DNA of 64,000 nucleotides. Origin: an uncultured Actinomycetes bacterium. GTDB taxonomy: Bacteria; Actinomycetota; Thermoleophilia; UBA2241. A program made the translations under genes and the position numbers. Shown here in pieces: positions 41,772 to 52,611 of this stretch. Every line of letters begins with the position of its first letter. The first letter of the stretch is position 1. The stretch lies in NCBI GenBank assembly GCA_963725665.1, contig CAVRZA010000001.1:1-64000 (forward strand), in the 5' to 3' direction. The notes below the pieces were generated by a model. The model ran no database searches. It was not told the DNA's origin and saw nothing but the letters and a program-made list of their open reading frames with translations.

Positions 41772-43472
41772 GTGGGCATCCAGACACCATCCCCGCCCGA
41801 GCGCGGCGACTTCATCCGCGAGATCGTCGCCGCCGACCTTCGCGAGGGCCGGCACCAGACCGTCGTCACCCGCTTCCCCCCTGAGCCGAACGGTTACCTC
41901 CACATCGGCCACGCGAAGGCGATCTGCCTCAACTTCGGCATCGCCCGGGAGTTCGGCGGCCGCTGCCACCTGCGCTTCGACGACACGAACCCCACCAAGG
42001 AAGAGCAGGAGTACATCGATGCCATCGAGGCCGACGTCCGCTGGCTCGGTTTCGACTGGGGCGAGCACCTGTACTTCGCCTCGGACTACTTCGAGCAGCT
42101 CTACGAGTGGGCCGTCGATCTCATCAGGGCCGCCAAGGCCTACGTGGACGACCTCACCGCCGACGAGATCCGCGAGTACCGCGGCACTCTGACCGAGCCG
42201 GGGCGGGACAGCCCCTGGCGCGACCGGCCGGTCGAGGAGAGCCTCGGCCTCTTCGAGCGCATGCGCGCCGGCGAGTTCCCCAACGGGGCGCGCGTGCTGC
42301 GGGCCAGGATCGACATGGCCTCGCCCAACATCAACCTCCGGGACCCGGTGCTGTACCGGATCGTCCACGCGGCGCATCCGCGCACGGGCGACGCCTGGTG
42401 CGTCTATCCCACCTACGACTTCGCGCACGGGCAATCCGACGCGATCGAGGGCATCACCCACTCGCTCTGCACGCTCGAGTTCGAGCCCCACCGGCCGCTC
42501 TACGACTGGCTCATCGACAACCTCCCGGTGCCGTCTCGACCACGCCAGTACGAGTTCGCGCGACTCAACCTCACGCACACCGTCCTGTCCAAGCGCGTGC
42601 TCCTGCGCCTCGTCAACGAAGGCCACGTGAGCGGATGGGATGACCCGCGGATGCCGACACTGTCGGGCCTGCGCCGGCGCGGCTTCCCCGCCGAGGGGAT
42701 CCGCGACTTCGCGACGATGGTCGGGGTGGCCAAGGCCGACAGCGTCGTCGAGGTCGAGATGCTCTCGCACGCCGTGCGGGACGTGCTCAACCGGAGAGCT
42801 CCCCGCCGCTTCGCGGTCCTCGCCCCCCTCAAGGTCGTCATCGAGGACTACCCCGAGGGGCAGGTCGAGGAGATGGAGGTCCCCAACAACCCCGAGGATC
42901 CCTCCGCCGGGAGCCGCCGGGTGCCCTTCACGCGGGAGCTCTGGATCGAGCGCGACGACTTCATGGAGGAGCCCGCGCGGAAGTTCTTCCGCCTGGCCCC
43001 CGGCCGCGAGGTGCGGCTGCGGTCCGCGTACTTCGTGATCTGCCGCGAGGTCGTGAAGGATGCCGCAGGCAGGATCGTCGAGCTGCGCTGCACGTACGAC
43101 CCCGCCACGCGGGGCGGCGACGCTCCCGACGGCCGCCGCCCCAAAGCGACCCTCCACTGGGTGTCGGCCGCTCACGCCGTGCCCGCGGAGGTACGGCTCT
43201 ACGACCACCTCTTCCTGAGCCCGTACCCCGGGGCCGACGGCCGCGACCTCTTCGAGGACCTCAACCCCGACTCCGAGATAGTGCTCCAGGGCTGCCTCGT
43301 TGAGCCGTCGCTCGCCGGCCTGCCGGTCGGCGAGACCGTGCAATTCGAGCGGCTCGGCTACTTCTGCGCCGATCCCCACTCGGCGCCCGGTGCGCTGGTG
43401 TTCAACCGAACGCTCACTCTCAAGGACACCTGGGCGAAACTACAGGCGCAGGGACGGCACGACACGGCCTGA
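41772..43472 (+). CDS. glnS: Glutamine--tRNA ligase
   Basis: [56 protein letters not shown] and QFERLGYF. Confidence 0.97.
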   Translation: MGIQTPSPPERGDFIREIVAADLREGRHQTVVTRFPPEPNGYLHIGHAKAICLNFGIAREFGGRCHLRFDDTNPTKEEQEYIDAIEADVRWLGFDWGEHLYFASDYFEQLYEWAVDLIRAAKAYVDDLTADEIREYRGTLTEPGRDSPWRDRPVEESLGLFERMRAGEFPNGARVLRARIDMASPNINLRDPVLYRIVHAAHPRTGDAWCVYPTYDFAHGQSDAIEGITHSLCTLEFEPHRPLYDWLIDNLPVPSRPRQYEFARLNLTHTVLSKRVLLRLVNEGHVSGWDDPRMPTLSGLRRRGFPAEGIRDFATMVGVAKADSVVEVEMLSHAVRDVLNRRAPRRFAVLAPLKVVIEDYPEGQVEEMEVPNNPEDPSAGSRRVPFTRELWIERDDFMEEPARKFFRLAPGREVRLRSAYFVICREVVKDAAGRIVELRCTYDPATRGGDAPDGRRPKATLHWVSAAHAVPAEVRLYDHLFLSPYPGADGRDLFEDLNPDSEIVLQGCLVEPSLAGLPVGETVQFERLGYFCADPHSAPGALVFNRTLTLKDTWAKLQAQGRHDTA

Positions 43473-43621
43473 CTGCCGAGATGGCCGCGCCGGCGGCAGC
43501 CGATGCCAGTCCGCATCTGGAGGCGTCGAGTCCCGTTTCCGGCTGCCCTGACTCCTGTTCCGCTCCAGTGTTGAGGAAGGTGCCGCCGCGCGGTAGACTC
43601 AGGCTGCCCCTCGGGCATCGC

Positions 43622-43697
43622 TGGCGAGTGGCCTAACTGGCAAGGCACCTGACTCTGGATCAGGGGATTGAAGGTTCGAATCCTTCCTCGCCAGCCA
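43622..43697 (+). tRNA. tRNA-Gln (anticodon CTG)
   Basis: Acceptor stem TGGCGAG/CTCGCCA, anticodon arm CCTGA-CTCTGGA-TCAGG, T arm GAAGG-TTCGAAT-CCTTC, encoded CCA. Confidence 0.96.
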
Positions 43698-44452
43698 TCT
43701 TCCCTCCCCTTCCTCGATCTCTGTCCCGGCGCCCCCCTGATCCGGTCGGCGAAGACTCGGGGGGGCCTCCTGTACCAGCCGCACTATGTGCTCTACGCCC
43801 CCTCCGGCGTTTTGACAACGCACGCCGACATCTCCAGCGTCGCCTCCGACCGCTTCACGTCGGTCGCGACCGACGCCGGCGGTGGCTACCACATGGCCGG
43901 GACGGTGACCATGGTGCCCGGTCATGAGGAGATCCTCACGGTGCGCAGGTCGACGCTGGGCGGCGCCGGATCCTGGACGAACGTGTTCGACGGCGGCGTG
44001 AGCGGCTCGTGCGGCGCGATCGCCGTGCGCGGCTCGACTGCCCCGGTGGTCGGTCTGCGCGACGGCGGCCCGGTCACAGGCCTGGACCAGTTCGTCGAAG
44101 CGTTCGTGTACTGAGGCCAGCCAGTAGGTGCGGGCTCGCTACCGGTCGTGCTGGGTGCCGCCTCCGTCGTGCGCAGCGGCCTCTCGGGGCGCATGGTGGA
44201 TCGCAAAGGCTCCGGGCGCTGCTAGTCCTCGCGCCTGCCTGACGGCCCCTAATCGGCATCTTCACTCTTCGCCGATCCCGTCTGAAGGCCCTCGTTGCCG
44301 ACATTCTGCCGGCGAAATCGGCCGCGCCCGCAGCCGTTAGGTTCGGGGGTGCAATGGCGACGAGTCGGGGGCTGGTCGGGCTGTCAGGCCGCCCCCTGGC
44401 CCGCCTGGCGCCAAGCGGTCACGAGGACTCCTGAGAAGTCATGTGCTCGGTC

Positions 44453-45091
44453 CTACGCCGACAGCTCAGGCATGCGCCGAGTCAGCTCCGCCCAGTCGTC
44501 GCCGATCGCCCGCTGGATGAGCTGCTTGACTCCCGCGAACGCCTCGGGCGGCAAGACCATCTGCTGGATGCGGGTCATGTTCTCGCGGTCGTCGTCGCCC
44601 AGCAAGGGGTACATCCAAAGGATGAACTCCGGCTGGCGTTCCGGGGGGACCTCTGCGGCCATGATGCCGACCGCCTTGCCCTGGTCGGGCGCTGGGACGC
44701 GCTCCCGGACGATGCGGTACAGGTGCGTATCCTCCTTGAACAGGTGGATGTCGAGATGGAACTTGAAGGCGGCGGCGGCTCGGGCAGTCGCCAGGGCGTC
44801 GCCCGCGGAGACGGCAGCGTTCAAGGCATCGAAGGCGGCGTCAAGGCCGCGATGGTCCTTCTCGTAGGCCTCGGAGACCAAAGGCGCGACCGCTTCGACG
44901 GCGGGGAAGACGGCGATCTCCTCCCCGTGGGCGTGCGCCACCAGTATTTCGTTGAAGAAGCGGAAGCGCTCCAGGGTTGCCGCGAGCCCCGGCGTGCCGC
45001 GCGCGGCGCCGAGCGCCGCGGCGTCGATGGTCTCCATGTCCTTGCGGAACGCGTTGTGGATGGCCAATATCGCATCGATCGGACCCGTCAT
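44453..45091 (-). CDS. Hemerythrin-like cation-binding domain protein
   Basis: H..FR.D, H..GEE..VFP, DH and H...HL.KED motifs. Confidence 0.8.
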   Translation of the reverse strand: MTGPIDAILAIHNAFRKDMETIDAAALGAARGTPGLAATLERFRFFNEILVAHAHGEEIAVFPAVEAVAPLVSEAYEKDHRGLDAAFDALNAAVSAGDALATARAAAAFKFHLDIHLFKEDTHLYRIVRERVPAPDQGKAVGIMAAEVPPERQPEFILWMYPLLGDDDRENMTRIQQMVLPPEAFAGVKQLIQRAIGDDWAELTRRMPELSA

Positions 45092-45286
45092 GATCGCCCT
45101 CCCCTTTCCACCGGCATGTTCTCAGCGCGCAGGACCGGAGACCAAGCCACTCGTCCCCGGCCCCGGCCTGATAGAGAGCTTAGTACTGCCCAATGAGTCC
45201 GCGACTCACGCCGTTGGCGCGTTAAGGGTGTGCAGGAGCACGAAAAAACGTGCCACCGACGGGCCGCGCCCGCGGCTGACTCCTCT

Positions 45287-45571
45287 TCAGAAGTCCACCG
45301 ACTCGACGTCTTCGAGGGCGAAGGCCCGCACTTCCTCCACCGAGTGCACCCACTCAAATGCCTCGCGGGTCTCGTACTCGGCTATGAACTTCTCCGCGTT
45401 CTCGAGAGTGTCCCACTCGAAGAGCGCGAAGAGATCGTTGGGGCCGACAGTGGAGCGAAGTAGTCGGCCGCCCTGAGAGCCCAGGCGCTTCCGTCGGGCA
45501 GCGTCGAAGTCGAAGACCGAGCGGAACTTGTCGTAGTCGAGGACGTTGTGGTGGATCAGCACATACGGCAT
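45287..45571 (-). CDS. Small ferredoxin-fold (cyclase/ABM-like) hypothetical protein
   Basis: LIHHNV.DYDKF..VFD.....R...G......R....PN......EW pattern; GGAGG RBS. Confidence 0.65.
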   Translation of the reverse strand: MPYVLIHHNVLDYDKFRSVFDFDAARRKRLGSQGGRLLRSTVGPNDLFALFEWDTLENAEKFIAEYETREAFEWVHSVEEVRAFALEDVESVDF

Positions 45572-45717
45572 GCCAACCTCCCTGGCCATCGGCGCGTGTC
45601 AGGCTTCCGGCTCGCACAGTACGCCACACATGCCGAGTACCGAGTGACTACCGGCGTTTCTGCAATGGTACTGTCGCCTCGCACACACACGACGCAGATG
45701 CAGACAGAGGAGGCTGA

Positions 45718-46143
45718 ATGGCTACCAAGACGGCTTTCACGTCGGCCGAGTGGCAGACCCTGCAGTGGGCGGTCACCGACACGATGACGTACCTGTCGCT
45801 GGCCGACCCGGGATTCTGGGACATGTTCAAGGAGGCCAACGCGGCGGCCCACTACATCGCCGCGGCCAGGCAGACCAGCGAGAGCGTGCTTGTCCGCGAG
45901 CTAGCGGGGGACATCCGGACGAAGCGCGACAAAGAGGTGTCCGGCAATCCCACCGACGTGTCGGGCGAGGTCATTGAGCGTGTCAACGAAGCCATCAAGA
46001 TCGTCTCGAGCAAGGCACCCGAAGACCTCGAGGGCTTCAAGGCCTTCATCATTGGTGTCGCCAAGGCGACCGCTGAGGCCGCCAAGGGGACCGGCCCGAC
46101 TGAGGCTCAGGCCATCTCGAAGCTAGAGGCTGCGCTGGGTTGA
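45718..46143 (+). CDS. Hypothetical protein
   Basis: GAGGAGG RBS, typical codon bias, 141 aa. Confidence 0.75.
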   Translation: MATKTAFTSAEWQTLQWAVTDTMTYLSLADPGFWDMFKEANAAAHYIAAARQTSESVLVRELAGDIRTKRDKEVSGNPTDVSGEVIERVNEAIKIVSSKAPEDLEGFKAFIIGVAKATAEAAKGTGPTEAQAISKLEAALG

Positions 46144-46180
46144 CCGGGCCGCAGACGAGTGCATTCGAAAGCCGGGGCGT

Positions 46181-46274
46181 CTTGGTCGCCACGGCGATGC
46201 TTTCGGTGGCCCACGGAAGGTATCTCCCGAGAAGCTCTCGCACATCGAGGGGGTATTCCGGGCTGCCCCCGGGG
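46181..46274 (+). repeat. Palindromic intergenic repeat, copy A
   Basis: gctttcggtggcccacggaaggtatctc...atcgagggggtattccgggctgcc. Confidence 0.85.
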
Positions 46275-46579
46275 TCAGAGAGCGCGGAAAGACAACGGTC
46301 GGCCCCCGTTGGGAGCCGAGATCGTGCCCATCATCGGAAAGCTGAAGACGCCCGTTTGAAGCCAGCGCAGCCGTCGATAGTCCCTTTGCCGTCGGCCTGC
46401 TGAAGCGGCTTGTTCCCCCGTCACGTGGTGGTAACCAGTGCCATGGAACACGCCCGCGCCTGCCGGGCAGGCGACGTCGTCGGCGGGGACCCTTCGTGTG
46501 GAGAGAGGCGCAGCGGCCCCTTCGCCGAGGTTCGCGACCCGGAGTGCTAGTGGCACCAGTCACGGGCTGGCCCCAGCAG

Positions 46580-46662
46580 CTGATATGGTCGCCAGCCGGA
46601 GAGGCCTTCCGCGGCCCACGGAAGGTATCTCCGAGCCACTCCTAGGTATCCGGAGAACATCG
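46580..46662 (+). repeat. Palindromic intergenic repeat, copy B (3' part diverged)
   Basis: gaggccttccgcggcccacggaaggtatctccgag. Confidence 0.8.
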
Positions 46663-46825
46663 TGGCGATCCTGATCATTCCGATCGTTCACTTCTGAGAA
46701 TCGGGCGGCCGCGGGCGGCCACCGGCCGCGGCGGTGCATCGCGAGTGGTTTCGGTCGCGCGGTTCGCGAGCGAGGCAACCCAGACTGTGGACACGATCGA
46801 CGGCTCCCGGGATACTGAGGATGCC

Positions 46826-47809
46826 ATGCCGAACCAGGAGAACGACCCGAACCGCATCAATGACTCCACCTCGCGCAAGCTGATCTCGACGGCGCCGTGG
46901 ACGTTCTTCGGGGTGCCGAGCTGCAGTGACCTGGGCGATCTCGACGCGCAGGTGGCCTTCCTGGGCGTGCCCTTTGACGCCGGGACTCCCCAGCCCGGCA
47001 TTCCCACCGGCCAGGCGGCCGGGCCCAGCGCCGCACGTCTCGCTTCCCGGGACCAGTTCTCCTATGGCGACAGCGGATCGCTGGGGTGGTACGACGTCGA
47101 GACCGACCGCGATCGCCTCATCGGGGTGACGATGGCCGACGTCGGCGATGTCAAGATCCAGGGGGCCCAGCTCGAGTCCAACTTCAGCCGCATGACCGCG
47201 GTCATGCGCCGCATCACCGAGCGCGGTACGCTGCCGGTGGCCGTCGGCGGCGATCATTCGGTCAGCTACCCGCTCGCGCGCGGCATGCAACCGCTAGGCG
47301 AGATCGACGTCGTCTACTTCGACGGGCATGCTGACTTCCTCGACGAGCTCGACGGCTCCCGGTTCAGCGGCGCGAGCGAGATGCGGCGCATCAGCGAGCT
47401 GCCCTTCGTGCGCAGCGTCACGGCGCTCGGCATCCGCAACGTGGAGCGCGACGAGATCGACGCGATGCGCGAGTCGGGCGTGCGCTGGGCGACGACCCTC
47501 GACTTGATCGATCGTGAGAGCGCCGACGTCGTGGCGGAGCTGGTGCCCCGCTCGCGCGCGCTCTACGTCTCGATCGACCTCGACGTCCTCGACATCTCCC
47601 TGACCCCCGGCCATAGCCTCCCGGAGCCGGGAGGGTTGAGCTATCGGCAGCTTCGCGCAGCGCTCGCTCAGGTCGCTCATCGGGGAAGGGTAGTTGGGTT
47701 CGATGTCGCGGAACTCAATCCAGCGCTCGATCCCGGAGGCAGCACGGCTCGCACTGCGACCTGGCTCATCACGCATTTCCTCAGCGAGATCTTCGACCAG
47801 GCGCGCTGA
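46826..47809 (+). CDS. Agmatinase/arginase family ureohydrolase
   Basis: GVPFD, GGDHS, DGHAD, SIDLDVLD, PEPGG and ELNP. Confidence 0.92.
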   Translation: MPNQENDPNRINDSTSRKLISTAPWTFFGVPSCSDLGDLDAQVAFLGVPFDAGTPQPGIPTGQAAGPSAARLASRDQFSYGDSGSLGWYDVETDRDRLIGVTMADVGDVKIQGAQLESNFSRMTAVMRRITERGTLPVAVGGDHSVSYPLARGMQPLGEIDVVYFDGHADFLDELDGSRFSGASEMRRISELPFVRSVTALGIRNVERDEIDAMRESGVRWATTLDLIDRESADVVAELVPRSRALYVSIDLDVLDISLTPGHSLPEPGGLSYRQLRAALAQVAHRGRVVGFDVAELNPALDPGGSTARTATWLITHFLSEIFDQAR

Positions 47810-47950
47810 ACGCAGGGGGCGGCTTCTACTCCCGGAGAGTTGTCCGCAGGCTGGCACTGGCCCCCCCCGCCGACCTCAAAGGTGAGGACATGTCGGCGCG
47901 ACGATCGCGTCGGTGGCCGCGAAAACCCTGCATATACGTCTGACGAGGGC

Positions 47951-48006
47951 TGGTAGTGCATACCGGATTCGAACCGGTGTTACCGCCGTCAGAGGGCGCC
48001 GATCAG
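47951..48006 (-). repeat. tRNA-Glu 3' fragment (att-like scar, copy 3)
   Basis: tggtagtgcataccggattcgaaccggtgttaccgccgtcagagggcg; two mismatches to copy 4. Confidence 0.88.
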
Positions 48007-48116
48007 ACACCACTGAGCGGTTGCCGCCGTGGGCTCAGGACGGCTGGCGGCACATCGGCGACTGCGACTTTGACTGGTGCCTGCCGGAGCGAGGACCTGC
48101 TGCAGCGCCAGCCTGC

Positions 48117-48533
48117 TCAGCCGACCTTGGCATCGGGGAGATGGAATCCAAAGGCCCCATTGTGGACATACACGAGCTGGCAAGCTTCGATGTATTGGGC
48201 GTCGTGGATTCGGCGTGCGCGGATATATCCGACATCGCCCTTGTCAAAGAAGATCCTCCTTCCATCGGGGACCAACGAGCCCGCTTCCTTGCGGTAGAAC
48301 TGGACCGACATCCTTCCTTCTACGACGACCGTCATATCATCGCCTGGGTGGAAGTGAGGCGGCTCTTCAGTGCCCGCCTGCCAGCGTTCGAGCATCACCT
48401 CGACCCCGTCAGGGTTCGTTGGATAGGTGGTGCGAACCGTGAATCCCTCTGGTGTTCCTGGGGCGGGGACGTGATTGCTCCACACTTCGCTGGTCGCAGA
48501 GGTGACATTCTGAGTTACGTCATCAACAGACAT
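48117..48533 (-). CDS. Cupin domain protein
   Basis: PPHFHPGD...VVEG....F and G..GYI....IH; lower GC than its neighbours. Confidence 0.75.
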   Translation of the reverse strand: MSVDDVTQNVTSATSEVWSNHVPAPGTPEGFTVRTTYPTNPDGVEVMLERWQAGTEEPPHFHPGDDMTVVVEGRMSVQFYRKEAGSLVPDGRRIFFDKGDVGYIRARRIHDAQYIEACQLVYVHNGAFGFHLPDAKVG

Positions 48534-48741
48534 CGTCTGCCCCCTCCTGTCTTTGCAGCGGCTTTACCCGAGCATCGTAGACGGGACTCTACTTCGGTGG
48601 CAACTAGAACCATTCTGCGACCCAAATGCGCGGGATGGGGCGGGGTCGACGAGCGCCGTCTGCGACCATTCTGCGACCCAAGTCGCTGTGCCTGCGCAGG
48701 TCGATCCGGCAGTGAAGAAGGCTGCGTGTAACGAAACGAGC

Positions 48742-48773
48742 AGCCGGGGCCGGCTAACGCCGGCCCCGGCCGC
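48742..48773 (-). terminator. Hairpin downstream of the MMPL gene
   Basis: gccggggccggc-taac-gccggccccggc. Confidence 0.55.
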
Positions 48774-48801
48774 ACAGGGCCTAAGGCCCGGGGGTTCAGC
48801 T

Positions 48802-51156
48802 CTAGCGGGCCGGGGCGGCCCCGTAAGCCGGCGCCCTGAATGCCGGCACGCGCTCGGTCTGCGGTGCCGGCACGCCCTCCGGCTGGCCGTCGTCGCGACC
48901 GTCGCGCGGGGCGCCGGCCGTCCCGGCCGGCACGTGCTCGTCCACGCGCCCCTCGACGCTCACGTTGGGCAGCCACTGCAGCCAGCGCGGCAGGTACCAG
49001 TTCCAGTCACCGAGCAGCGCCATGCCGGCCGGGACGATGATCGTCCGCACGACGGTGGCGTCGAGGAAGATCGCGACGGCGAGGCCGAAGCCCATCTGCT
49101 GGAACATGACCAGCTCGCCAGTCGCCATGCCGCCGAAGACGCAGACCATGATGGCCGCGGCGCCGGTGATGATGCTGGCGGTGCGGCCGATGCCGTGGGC
49201 CACGGCCTCGCGCGTGTCGCCGGTGTGGTCGAAGCGTTCCTTGATGCGCGTGAGCAGGAAGACCTGGTAGTCCATCGAGAGCCCGAACAACAGCGAGAAG
49301 AGGAACAGCGGCACCCAGGCCTCGATGGAGTCGACCTGGGTCAATCCCAGCAGCCCGGCGCCGACGCCTTTCTGGAAGACCAGCACGAGGAGGCCGTAGG
49401 CGGCGCCCACGCTGAGCAGGTTCATGAGGATCGCCTTGGCCGGGATGACGACTGAGCGGAAGGCGACGAGCAGGAGCACGAAGCTCAGACTCAGGACCAC
49501 GGCCAGCGCGATGGGCAGCCAGTGGTCGAAGAAGGCGAGGTAGTCGACGACGCCGGCCGTCGTGCCGGCGATGTACACGTGGGAGGCGGTGGCGCCGAAG
49601 GCGGCCGGCACGACGCTGTCGCGCAGCTGCCTGATGACGTCCTGCGTCGCCTCGCCGGCAGGGTCGCCGGCGAGCGGCACCGAGAGCACGGTGAGGTCGC
49701 GGGCCTTGTTCGCGGCGACCTGCGCCGGGCCGAACCGCCCGTCGGCCTTCAGCGCGGCCTGGAGACGGGCGGTGCCGTCCTTGACGGCCGCGGCGTCCGC
49801 CCGCCCGTCGATGACGATCTGCACGGGATTGGCCTTGCCCAGCGAGAAGTCGCGGTCGAGGATGTCCCAGCCCTGCTTGGCATACCGATCGTCCGGGTAG
49901 TCGGTCGCGGTCTTGCCGGTGCTGCCGGTCTGCATGAACACGATGGGCGATGCGGCCAGGAGGAGGAGGGTGACGGCGGTGGCCAGCCAGATCACCGGCC
50001 GCCGCATGATGCTGTGGGAGAGCTTCTCCCAGACGCCCTCGTGGCCGTTGGCGCGGCGAGTGGCGAAGCGGCTCACGAGCGGCACGTGCAGCGCGTTGAC
50101 GCGGTCGCCGAGCAGGCCCATCAGCGCGGGCAGCAGGATGAGCGAGGTGAGCAGCGTGGTAAAGACGACGAGCATCGCGCCGATGCCCATGCTGATGGTG
50201 AGGTCCAGCGGCACGATGACCATGCCGAGCATTGCGAGCACCACGGTCATGCCGCTGAAGAAGATGGCGCGGTTGGCGGTGGCGCCGGTGGCGGCGACGG
50301 CATCGATCTTCTCGAGGCCGCGCGCGCGCTCCTCCCGGTAGCGGCTGATGATGAACAGGGTGTAGTCGATGCCGACGGCGAGGCCCATCGTAGTGAGGAT
50401 GTTCAGCACGAAGGTGTGCATGGGGTAGAGCTGGCCGATTAGGCCGGTGAGCGTGAGCGCCAGGACGATGCTGAGCACGCTGAGCACCAGCGGCATGAAC
50501 GCGGCCAGCAGGGCGCCGAACACCACGACGAGCACGATGAGCGCGACCGGGACGCCGAAGATCTCGGCCTTCTCCATGTCGCTCTTGGCGAGTTCGTTGC
50601 CCATCTGGTTCAGGCTGGCGGTGCCCGTCTGCTGAAGCGTGAAGTCCCCTCCCTGGCCGGCGGTGACGACCGCGTGCAGCTCGTCGACGTTGTCGATGGC
50701 TGTGTTCAGGTCGCCCGCCATGACCACTTGGATGAGCATGGCGCGGCCGTCCTTCGAGACGAGCGTCGGATCCTTCGCCTGGTAGTAGGTCGCCACGCTC
50801 TCGACGATTCCGTGGCCGAGGCCCGTGATCTCGCCGGCGAGCTCGGTCACGTAGGCCTTATAGGCTGCGTCCTTTGCCGTGTGGGCGGCGGAGCGCACGA
50901 TCACGAACTCAGACATCTTCTGCGGGCCGGTCATGCGGTCCTGGATGAGTTCCAGACCGATCGTGCTGTCGGGCTGCTTGCCGTGCTGTTTTGTCTCCGA
51001 CGTGAGCCCGCTGCTGAGGAGCGAGCTCGTGCCGAGGACGGCGACCACGATGATGGTCACCCAGATCCCCATGGTGCGCCACGGGTGGGTGGCGCTGCTG
51101 CGGGCAAGGCGCTCGGTGAATCCTGTGCTGGTCTTCGGCGAGGTCCTGAGTGACAT
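48802..51156 (-). CDS. MMPL family (RND) transporter
   Basis: AVGIDYTLFIISRYREE and FGLSMDYQVFLLTRIKE. Confidence 0.93.
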   Translation of the reverse strand: MSLRTSPKTSTGFTERLARSSATHPWRTMGIWVTIIVVAVLGTSSLLSSGLTSETKQHGKQPDSTIGLELIQDRMTGPQKMSEFVIVRSAAHTAKDAAYKAYVTELAGEITGLGHGIVESVATYYQAKDPTLVSKDGRAMLIQVVMAGDLNTAIDNVDELHAVVTAGQGGDFTLQQTGTASLNQMGNELAKSDMEKAEIFGVPVALIVLVVVFGALLAAFMPLVLSVLSIVLALTLTGLIGQLYPMHTFVLNILTTMGLAVGIDYTLFIISRYREERARGLEKIDAVAATGATANRAIFFSGMTVVLAMLGMVIVPLDLTISMGIGAMLVVFTTLLTSLILLPALMGLLGDRVNALHVPLVSRFATRRANGHEGVWEKLSHSIMRRPVIWLATAVTLLLLAASPIVFMQTGSTGKTATDYPDDRYAKQGWDILDRDFSLGKANPVQIVIDGRADAAAVKDGTARLQAALKADGRFGPAQVAANKARDLTVLSVPLAGDPAGEATQDVIRQLRDSVVPAAFGATASHVYIAGTTAGVVDYLAFFDHWLPIALAVVLSLSFVLLLVAFRSVVIPAKAILMNLLSVGAAYGLLVLVFQKGVGAGLLGLTQVDSIEAWVPLFLFSLLFGLSMDYQVFLLTRIKERFDHTGDTREAVAHGIGRTASIITGAAAIMVCVFGGMATGELVMFQQMGFGLAVAIFLDATVVRTIIVPAGMALLGDWNWYLPRWLQWLPNVSVEGRVDEHVPAGTAGAPRDGRDDGQPEGVPAPQTERVPAFRAPAYGAAPAR

Positions 51157-51318
51157 CGTTCTCCCCTTTGGCATCTGTTGTCCTGTGAGGGCCGTCATGT
51201 ACGTGAGTGGCGTAACGCGCCGGTCTGTGACAACTCCGGCCAGGAATCGTCAACGCCATCCTTCTGCGACCGCGTGCTAGAATCGGCGGCGTCCCGCAAC
51301 ACCGTCGCTGAGGTTCGC

Positions 51319-52041
51319 GTGACGACACTCTCGCAGACGACCCTTGCGCCGCCCCAGCCCGCAGCCGTCGTGGAGCAGTACGGTCGCCTCGTCTCCTCGA
51401 TCTGCTGGCGCATGACGAGCGATCAGGACGCGGCACGCGAAGCGGCGCAGGAGGTGTGGCTCGCCGTCCTGGAGGGCCTGCCGGGCTTCCGCGGCGAGTC
51501 CGCTCTGTCCACCTGGATCTACAGCATCGCGCGGCGCGTCGTGGGCCGCTACGCGCAAGCCCAACGCACCTACAGCGTGCGCTTCCTGAGTGCGTCCTAT
51601 GAAGCCGAAGGTGAACTCGCGCCCCCGGACGTGCCTGATCTGGATCACGACCTGTGGGTACGGGAGATGTGCGACCTATGCCTGTGCGGGACGCTGCAGT
51701 GCCTGGAGCCCGACGCGCGTCTGGCCTACCTCCTGCGCGAGGTCGCGGAACTGGACTACGACGATGTCGCTCTGGTGCTGGAGATCGAGCCGGACGCTGC
51801 CCGTCAGATAGTGTCGCGGGCACGCCGCAAGCTGAATGGCTTCATGAGCGGGCACTGCGCCCTGGCCAACCCGACGGGCGCCTGTCGCTGCCGTATGCGC
51901 CGGCGGGTGCAGGGCATCGACCTGCCCGCGGAATACACGCGGCTGCGCAGGACCGTGCATCGGGTGCGCGTCATCAAGGAATCCGAGCAGGTGCTGCCGC
52001 CCAAGGACTACTGGCTGGAGTTGCCACAGACCGCCGCGTAG
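51319..52041 (+). CDS. ECF RNA polymerase sigma factor with Cys-rich C-terminal extension
   Basis: AQEVWL...L..FRGES.LSTWIY.IA; region 4 RQ.VSRARRKL; C..C..G and C....P...C.C. Confidence 0.88.
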   Translation: MTTLSQTTLAPPQPAAVVEQYGRLVSSICWRMTSDQDAAREAAQEVWLAVLEGLPGFRGESALSTWIYSIARRVVGRYAQAQRTYSVRFLSASYEAEGELAPPDVPDLDHDLWVREMCDLCLCGTLQCLEPDARLAYLLREVAELDYDDVALVLEIEPDAARQIVSRARRKLNGFMSGHCALANPTGACRCRMRRRVQGIDLPAEYTRLRRTVHRVRVIKESEQVLPPKDYWLELPQTAA

Positions 52042-52103
52042 GGCCACTCACGTCCGTGAGAGCCCTCACGAAAGAGGGCGCCCGACCGGACTGAGGGGAC
52101 GCA

Positions 52104-52600
52104 TTGGAACCCGCGCAGCACATCCGCACCCTGCAGCTGACCTACGCCTCTCAGCTCGCCGACTCCGTGCGGCAATATGAGAACGCCGGTGTGCTCGAGC
52201 GCATCACGGCGGAGCGCCGCACCGCGCGTCTCGCGAGTGGCACGGCACAGGCCGCTCAGATGGGTATCACGCAGCCGGCCGAAGCCTTCACGAAGTCGGC
52301 CGAGCTGTTCGGCTGCGCCTACTGGACGGTCGCCGCCGACGCGTGTTCGGAAGAGGAGGCGAGCGACAGCCTCTCGAAGATCGCCGAGCGCTTCCACCTG
52401 TCGCTCTCGACGGTCTCGCATCACGTCAAGGAGCTCAGAAACGCGGGCCGTATCACCTGCGAGAAGCGTGGGCAGAAGCTCCACTGCTGGGTTGAACCGG
52501 AGGTCCTGAAAGGCCTCGAGCAGTTCGCCAAAGGGAGTGGGGGTAAGGAGCTGACCCCTTTCTTTGCGCGCGATGGTTCGATCGCTGTCGAAAGTCTGAA
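52104..52600 (+). pseudogene. Chimeric remnant: truncated hypothetical protein fused to an ArsR-type HTH fragment
   Basis: An unrelated N-terminal part is followed by IAERFHLSLSTVSHHVKELRNAG.I..EKRG; the frame runs on into the next gene. Confidence 0.55.
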
Positions 52601-52611
52601 GGAGAACCGGG

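Noticed and set aside
43622-43697. Possible tRNA-Pyl or amber suppressor
   Set aside because: The anticodon loop reads CT-CTG-GA, so the anticodon is CTG (Gln), not CTA. The cloverleaf is canonical and sits beside glnS.
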